58,778 bases of DNA from a virus (taxonomy: Duplodnaviria; Caudoviricetes), in the IMG/VR virus record IMGVR_UViG_3300037847_006237, positions 1 to 58,778 of that record; one strand, 5' to 3'. Below the pieces are notes generated by a model. The model was not told the DNA's origin. It searched no databases and saw only the letters and a list, made by a program, of their open reading frames with translations. The position numbers were made by a program, and so were the translations under genes. Positions 56,341 through 58,778 of this stretch are shown one piece after another; the stretch's first letter is position 1, and every line of letters starts with the position of its first letter.

Positions 56341-57198
56341 TTACTCCAAGTAACCTTTTATTACTGTACTTATTGTTTTAGCCGTTGGGGGAGAAATAAA
56401 CATAGTAATTTCCCCAGAATTAGGAATGCCTCCACCATCTACAGTGATGGAAAAATTATCATTAATTGATTCAAAATTAGATATATAAACTGGCATACTA
56501 TCTGTTTTTGGAGACCTAATAAAGACATTGAAATCTTCGTTGTGCGTTTCTGTGGACTCTATGAATAGAGTTGAGGCAGCATAAGTACCTTCGTAGACCG
56601 CAGCAGGATTGTTGCCCGTTACGATTAAAGAAATGTTGGAATTTATACTTTCTCCGCCGCTTTCCCCAATTACAGAAGGCTCTACTTCAATATACAAAGT
56701 AGAAACACCAGAAGGTGTTGGAAGAACCTCTGGAACTGTCTGCATAAACAAAGTAGAATCGCTACTGACTCCAGACTTTATAGGAGCCTCTATTCGTAAA
56801 GGAGCAATACCTTGATCAGAATCAGAATGTACAAAATTACTTCCAGAAGCGTATAGCGAAAGCAAAGCATCCGATCTTTCTTCGCCACCGCCAGCATTCG
56901 TGTCGCTTTGTAGATAAAGAGGCCCAATAGCGTTATTTATACCGCCAGAAACAGAAAGCAATGTAGATTGGCCGCTGGCAGGATAAGGACCAGCAGTGAA
57001 CAGGCTAGGACTACTTGTTTCGGGAACTGGTCCAGACGTAAAAACGGAAGTATCGCCACTACCAACGGCTGGGCCAGATGCGAATAAGGATCTTTCATGG
57101 GTGCATGTTACAGGACCAACGGCAAATAGAGACCTACCAGTATTTTCTTGTACTGGGCCTGATATAAAAGTTGGTATTCCTGAATTTAATGCTGTCAT
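56341..57198 (-). CDS. Putative virion protein with degenerate 14-aa [SV]LF.SGP repeats
   Basis: TFISGP / SLFAVGP / SLFASGP / SVFTSGP / SLFTAGP at 14-aa spacing. Confidence 0.5.
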   Translation of the reverse strand: MTALNSGIPTFISGPVQENTGRSLFAVGPVTCTHERSLFASGPAVGSGDTSVFTSGPVPETSSPSLFTAGPYPASGQSTLLSVSGGINNAIGPLYLQSDTNAGGGEERSDALLSLYASGSNFVHSDSDQGIAPLRIEAPIKSGVSSDSTLFMQTVPEVLPTPSGVSTLYIEVEPSVIGESGGESINSNISLIVTGNNPAAVYEGTYAASTLFIESTETHNEDFNVFIRSPKTDSMPVYISNFESINDNFSITVDGGGIPNSGEITMFISPPTAKTISTVIKGYLE

Positions 57199-57200
57199 TT

Positions 57201-58778
57201 TTAGCCTGGTGTTCTATTATTTATGTGGTCTTCTATCAAAGTAGGAAGCGTTCTGCCAACTTCTGATTTAATAATTTCGCCAAGAACGTTGCCAATCTCT
57301 TCGGCAATCGCGACTCCGTTACCTATGCCTATAAAACCTTCTATCTTATGAGTGTGTTCTGCTTCGACTTTAAGTGGGGTTTTCATAGCTTCTGCAATTT
57401 TATCGTAGCTAGCGGCAAGTTTTGAGGCGGTACTGCTCATATTTGCGCTTACTGTCTTAACTTGCTCATGAACAGTAACAAGCTTTGTGTTAATTTGTAT
57501 GAGACCCTGAGCAGAAGTGTTTAATGTTGCTTGATTCTCTACTGCCTTAGTTAGTAATGGGGTAAAAGTTGTTTGTAATTGGTTGATAAGTGGGCCAATC
57601 CCTGCTCCTCCGCCTGCTGCTGCTCCGCCCGCCGGTGCTGCTCCGCCCGCTGGTGCTGCTTTTGGTGGCGCTTTTGGTGGCGCTTTTGGTGGCGCTTTTT
57701 GTATTCGTTCTATATAATCCTTCTTCCATGCCTCATTAAAGGTCAAGTTTCCTGACTCTAGACCTCTTCGCATTTGTTTACCTAAGCGAGTATATTGAAA
57801 ACCTTTTGGAAGTTTTGCTTCACCACCTGCAAACAATCCCTGAACAGTTCCTGAATTAAGACTATTCATAAATGCCGTTCCGTATTTATCTACAGAAGAT
57901 TTCCTAATCACGAACTCGCCCGGAGTTAACATCGCAGGAACGGTATCTGTTCCCATACCCATGCCAGCTTGGGCAGCACTACTTGGAACGGTTCCTCCTG
58001 TATTAAACCGAAGAGGATTACTATTATTACTGCCTCTACTTGCCCAAAATTGATATGCCGCACTACCTAGCCTATTTTGGTAATCGCTTAATTGAGTAAA
58101 TTTTGTATCTCCTTGTTTCTTGTCAATGTGTGACTTTTCTCCCATCCAATTCAAAAAATGAACGCGACTATTACCTATTGACATTCCGTCATATCTAGCA
58201 TACCTTCCAGCAACGTTTTGCCAATCGTTAAACAAGAATCCATAAGGTCTATTAAAAAACTTAGAACCTTTGCTTTGTGCAAATTTCATAACGTTAAACA
58301 TATCAACTAGTTCAATAGATCTTGTACCCCTAGTTTTTGGGTTGCCCAACTCTTTTACAAAATCTTCTTGCGTGTAACCTTCTAGTATGCTTGCGTCTTT
58401 TTTATCAAAAGCGCTTTTAAACAGATCTGTATTAAAACGTGTGTTATTTGCGCTCTTTCCTGTTATCAATTTGTCAGCAAGGGCTTGCGCATTTTCATAT
58501 CGTTTTCCTTTAATATAAAGCTCATGCCCATCTGCTTTTCCTAAAGACTCCATTTTAAAATATGAATCAGTAATATGGGAAGGAAGAAAAAGTCCTTCAT
58601 TTATAAGTTCGGCTCTATGAGCCATTGACCTTTCCACAAAACTCATGTCAGAAAATTTATTGTTTGGGTCTACGTGAAGCGCTCGTACATCCTTTTGCCA
58701 CTTCTCAGCATCAGAAAGAGGTCGCGCTAAACCGGGCTGTCTTTTTGCTATGTTTTCCTCTTGAAGGTCAAGTTCAGC
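57201..58778 (-). CDS. Tail tape-measure protein, C-terminal part (5' truncated by the window edge)
   Basis: Frame is open to base 58778. RFNTGG.V...TDTVPAMLTPGEFVIRKSSV is characteristic of tape-measure C-termini; a coiled-coil follows. Confidence 0.75.
   Translation of the reverse strand, partial: AELDLQEENIAKRQPGLARPLSDAEKWQKDVRALHVDPNNKFSDMSFVERSMAHRAELINEGLFLPSHITDSYFKMESLGKADGHELYIKGKRYENAQALADKLITGKSANNTRFNTDLFKSAFDKKDASILEGYTQEDFVKELGNPKTRGTRSIELVDMFNVMKFAQSKGSKFFNRPYGFLFNDWQNVAGRYARYDGMSIGNSRVHFLNWMGEKSHIDKKQGDTKFTQLSDYQNRLGSAAYQFWASRGSNNSNPLRFNTGGTVPSSAAQAGMGMGTDTVPAMLTPGEFVIRKSSVDKYGTAFMNSLNSGTVQGLFAGGEAKLPKGFQYTRLGKQMRRGLESGNLTFNEAWKKDYIERIQKAPPKAPPKAPPKAAPAGGAAPAGGAAAGGGAGIGPLINQLQTTFTPLLTKAVENQATLNTSAQGLIQINTKLVTVHEQVKTVSANMSSTASKLAASYDKIAEAMKTPLKVEAEHTHKIEGFIGIGNGVAIAEEIGNVLGEIIKSEVGRTLPTLIEDHINNRTPG
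57613..57699 (-). repeat. Short tandem repeats in the tape measure: 12-bp x3.5 (KAPP) and 18-bp (AAPAGG)
   Basis: GCTTTTGGTGGC repeated at 57658, 57670 and 57682; GC-rich AAPAGG repeats lie adjacent. Confidence 0.85.

Noticed and set aside
166-57729. Numerous 60-160-aa ORFs antisense to or nested in longer genes (e.g. 6057-6545, 32277-32699, 50591-51013)
   Set aside because: They are shadows of well-supported genes and lack recognisable motifs.
1-58778. Stop-codon reassignment, as seen in some large phages
   Set aside because: Conserved genes are full length in the standard code, and TAA, TAG and TGA all end genes at expected positions.

Overview
This window is a 58.8-kb, gene-dense, AT-rich segment of a large tailed dsDNA bacteriophage genome, read in the standard genetic code. 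It has no cellular housekeeping genes, tRNAs, rRNAs or CRISPR arrays. The + strand arm (1-43449) carries a papain-like peptidase and class II (B12) ribonucleotide reductase, dUTPase and PhoH, interleaved with virion-like proteins. It continues into a bacterial-type replication/recombination module: RecA, DnaB, primase, dNMP kinase, a Cas4/AddB-like nuclease, SSB-like and Rad52-like proteins, and a C-family DNA polymerase (DnaE). The DnaE is split into two genes with no intein, and a DEDDh exonuclease gene sits between the halves. A ~13-kb cluster of 15 genes, mostly glycosyltransferases and nucleotide-sugar enzymes, follows directly. After a convergent terminator (~43470-43505), the - strand arm encodes tail/virion proteins (tape-measure C-terminus, a 2292-aa tail protein) plus two more glycosyltransferase-like genes. 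The most notable candidates are (1) the intein-less split DnaE with a degenerate PHP domain and an intercalated proofreading exonuclease, and (2) a large phage glycosylation system translationally coupled to the replisome genes. All assignments come from motif recognition by eye; no database searches were run.
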